From Mobula hypostoma (Eukaryota): a DNA stretch of 64,000 bases. The stretch spans positions 255,876,001-255,940,000 of the forward strand of contig NC_086097.1 in the NCBI RefSeq assembly GCF_963921235.1, in the 5' to 3' direction. This document shows, piece by piece, positions 61,504 through 64,000 of this stretch. The notes below the pieces were generated by a model. That model was not told the DNA's origin and ran no database searches. It was given only the letters and a program-made list of their open reading frames with translations. The number at the start of each line of letters is the position of its first letter. Position 1 is the stretch's first letter. The position numbers and the translations under genes are program-made.

Positions 61504-62697
61504 TACTTGGATTTCCAAAAGGCGTTCGATAAGGTGCCGCACAAGAGACTTATAAATAAGATACGGATGCATGGAGTCGGAGGAAGTGTATTGGCATGGG
61601 TAATGGATTGGTTAACCAATAGAAGGCAGAGAGTTGGTATAATTGGGTGTTTCTCCAGTTGGCAGTCAGTGGTGAGTGGGGTGCTGCAGGGGTTGGTGCT
61701 GGGCCTGCAGCTGTTTACTATTTTCATTGATGATTTGGAGGAGGGGACTGAGTGTAGCGTAGCAAAATTTGCTGATGACTCTAAAGTGAGTGGAAAAGCA
61801 AATTGTACAGAGGATGTGAAGAGTCTACAGAGGGATATAGATAGGTCAAGTGAGTGAGCCAAGGTCTGGCAGGTGGAATACAACGTTGGTAAGTGCAAGA
61901 TCATCTACTTTGGAAGGAATAATAGAAGGGCAGATTATTATTTAAATGGTGAAAAGTTGCAGCATGCTGTTGTGCAGAGGGACTTAGGTGTGCTTGTTCA
62001 TGAATCGCAAAAAGTTGACTTGCAGGTACAACAGGTTATTGAGAAGGCAAAAGGAATGTTGGCTTTCATTGCTAGAGGGATTGAATTCAAGAGCAGGGAG
62101 GTCATGCTGCAAATATACAGGGTACTCGTAAGGCCGCAGCTGGAGTACTGTGTGCAGTTCTGGTCTCCGTACTTGAGGAGGGATGTACTGGCTTTGGAGG
62201 CAGTGCAGAGGAGGTTCACCAGGTTGATTCCAGAGATGAAGGGGTTAACCTATGAGGAGAGATTGAGTCGCCTGGGACTATACTGTCTGGAGTTCAAAAG
62301 AACGAGAGGGGATCTTATAGATACATACAACATTTTGAAAGGGATAGATAAGATAGAAGTAGGAGAGTTGTTTCCATTGGTGGGTGAGACTAGAACTAGG
62401 GGACATTGCCTCAAGATTCAGGGGAGAAGATTTAGGACGGAGATGAGGAGAAACTGTTTTTCCCAGAGAGTGGTGAATCTGTGGAATTCTTTGCCCAGCA
62501 AAGCAGTTGAGGCTTCTTCACTAAATATATTTAAGATACAGTTAGATTTTTACATAGTAGGGAATTAAGGGTTATAGGGAAAAGGCAGGTAGATGGAGCT
62601 AAGTTTACAGACAGATCAGCCATGATCTTATTGAATGGCAGGGCAGGCTTGATGGGGCGGATGGCCTACTCCTGCTCCTAGATCTTATGTTCTTATG

Positions 62698-64000
62698 AAA
62701 CTTTCCTGAACACAGTTAACAAACTCCACCCCATCCAAGTTTCTTGCTCTGAAGAGATGCCTGTCAATATTAGGAAAGTTAAAATCACCCACCACAAGAA
62801 TGCTATTGTTATTGCGCCGTTCCAGAATCTGCCTCCCTATCTGCTCCCTGATGTCTCTGGTTTTAATAGTAACCCTACTATTGGGGAGGTCTATATTTAA
62901 AAAAAAACACCCAGAAGAGTTATTGCCGTCTTCCTGTTTCTGTCTTCCACCCACAATGACTCAGTAGACAATGTCACCATGACTTCCTCCTTTTTTGCAG
63001 CCGTGATACTATCCCTGATTAGCAGTGCCACTTCTCCACCTCTTTTGCCTCCCTCTCTGTCCTTTTTGAAACTCCTAAAGCCATGGCACGCTCAGCAGCT
63101 GTTCCTGCCCCGAGACATCCAAGGCTTTGTAGTGGCCACAATGTCATAGTTCCACGTATTGATCCACGCTCTATGTTCATCCTTTTTTAATGATAATCCT
63201 TGTATTAAAATAGACATCTCAAAACCATCAGGCTGAATGCATCTTTGCTCTGTCATCTGCCTATCCTTCCTCATTAACTCCCTGCAAGCTGTCTCTACTT
63301 GTTTGCCAACTGCCCCATCCTCTGCCTCTGCTCTTTGGTTCCTAGCACCCTGCAAATCTAGTTTATACCCTCCCCAATAGCTTGAGCAAACATCCCTCCC
63401 AGAATATTTGTTCCCTCCAGTTCATGTGCAACCCGCCCCACTTGTACAAGTCACCCCTCCCCCAGGAAAGGTCCCAATGATCCAAGAAGTTGAAACCCTG
63501 CCCCCTGCACCATCTCCTCAGCCACTCCTTCATCTGCGCTCTCTTCCTGTCCTGACCTTCCCTAGCTTGTGGCACCAGGAATAATCTGGAGATTACCACC
63601 TTGGAGATCCTGCTCTTCAGCCTCCTTCCTAACTCCCTAAACTTACTGCACAGGACCTCTACCTCTGTCCTGTCTAGGTACCATGACCTAAGGCTTTTCG
63701 CCCTTCCCATGAATAATATTCTGCAACTGTTCAGAGAAATCCTGGCCCTAGTACCCGGGAGGCAGACCCTATCCTGGCGTCTCTTGCTGCCCCAGAATCT
63801 CCTATCTGTCCCCTATAACAATTGCTCTGCCTGACTTCACCCTATCCTGCTGAGGCTCTGAGACCACAGTGCTGTTGGTCTGGATGTTGCTGCCCTGCCC
63901 AGGTAGGTCATCCCCCTCAGCAGTATCCAAAGGGGTATACCTGTTGCTGTGGGGGATGGGCATAGGGGGAAACCATGCATTGACTTCTTTCTCCCTTTAT
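62698..64000 (-). mobile_element. CR1 ORF1 esterase and endonuclease fragment
   Basis: FNFLDHWDLSWGRGDLYKWGGLH and VGDFNFPNID motifs on minus. Confidence 0.85.

Larger units (their letters stand above)
57391..62697 (+). mobile_element. CR1 EN-RT-3' end interrupted by a CR1 3' piece (58263-58819) and a Tigger element
   Basis: CVNARSIRNK...GKSDHN; VDVVY continues as [12 protein letters not shown] across the Tigger; (TTCTTATG) tail at about 62690. Confidence 0.9.

Overview
Vertebrate genomic DNA, most likely a cartilaginous fish (inferred from the very dense CR1 LINEs with HER1-like 3' tails; probably a ray). Nearly all of the window is nested transposable elements: many CR1 LINE fragments of several subfamilies (one near-complete, with SGNH-esterase ORF1 and EN-RT ORF2), Rex1/Babar-type LINEs, a Penelope-like element, an env-less class I ERV remnant, two solo-LTR-like elements, an internally deleted Tigger/pogo transposon, a Tc1 end and a CORE-type tRNA SINE. 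The only host-like landmark is a CpG island at about 32.7-33.3 kb that looks like a bidirectional promoter with candidate first exons; I recognised no downstream exons. Main findings: (1) about 12 short Penelope-terminal-repeat elements carrying a minimal hammerhead ribozyme motif, several with 12-15 bp TSDs and inverted architecture; (2) an antisense NAP1L4 mRNA fragment co-inserted with a CR1 inside one TSD pair, plus a second CR1 insertion with the same head-to-head geometry; (3) a 9-copy 49-bp minisatellite derived from CR1 coding sequence. TE boundaries without a stated TSD are approximate. Family and gene assignments come from recognised motifs, not database searches.
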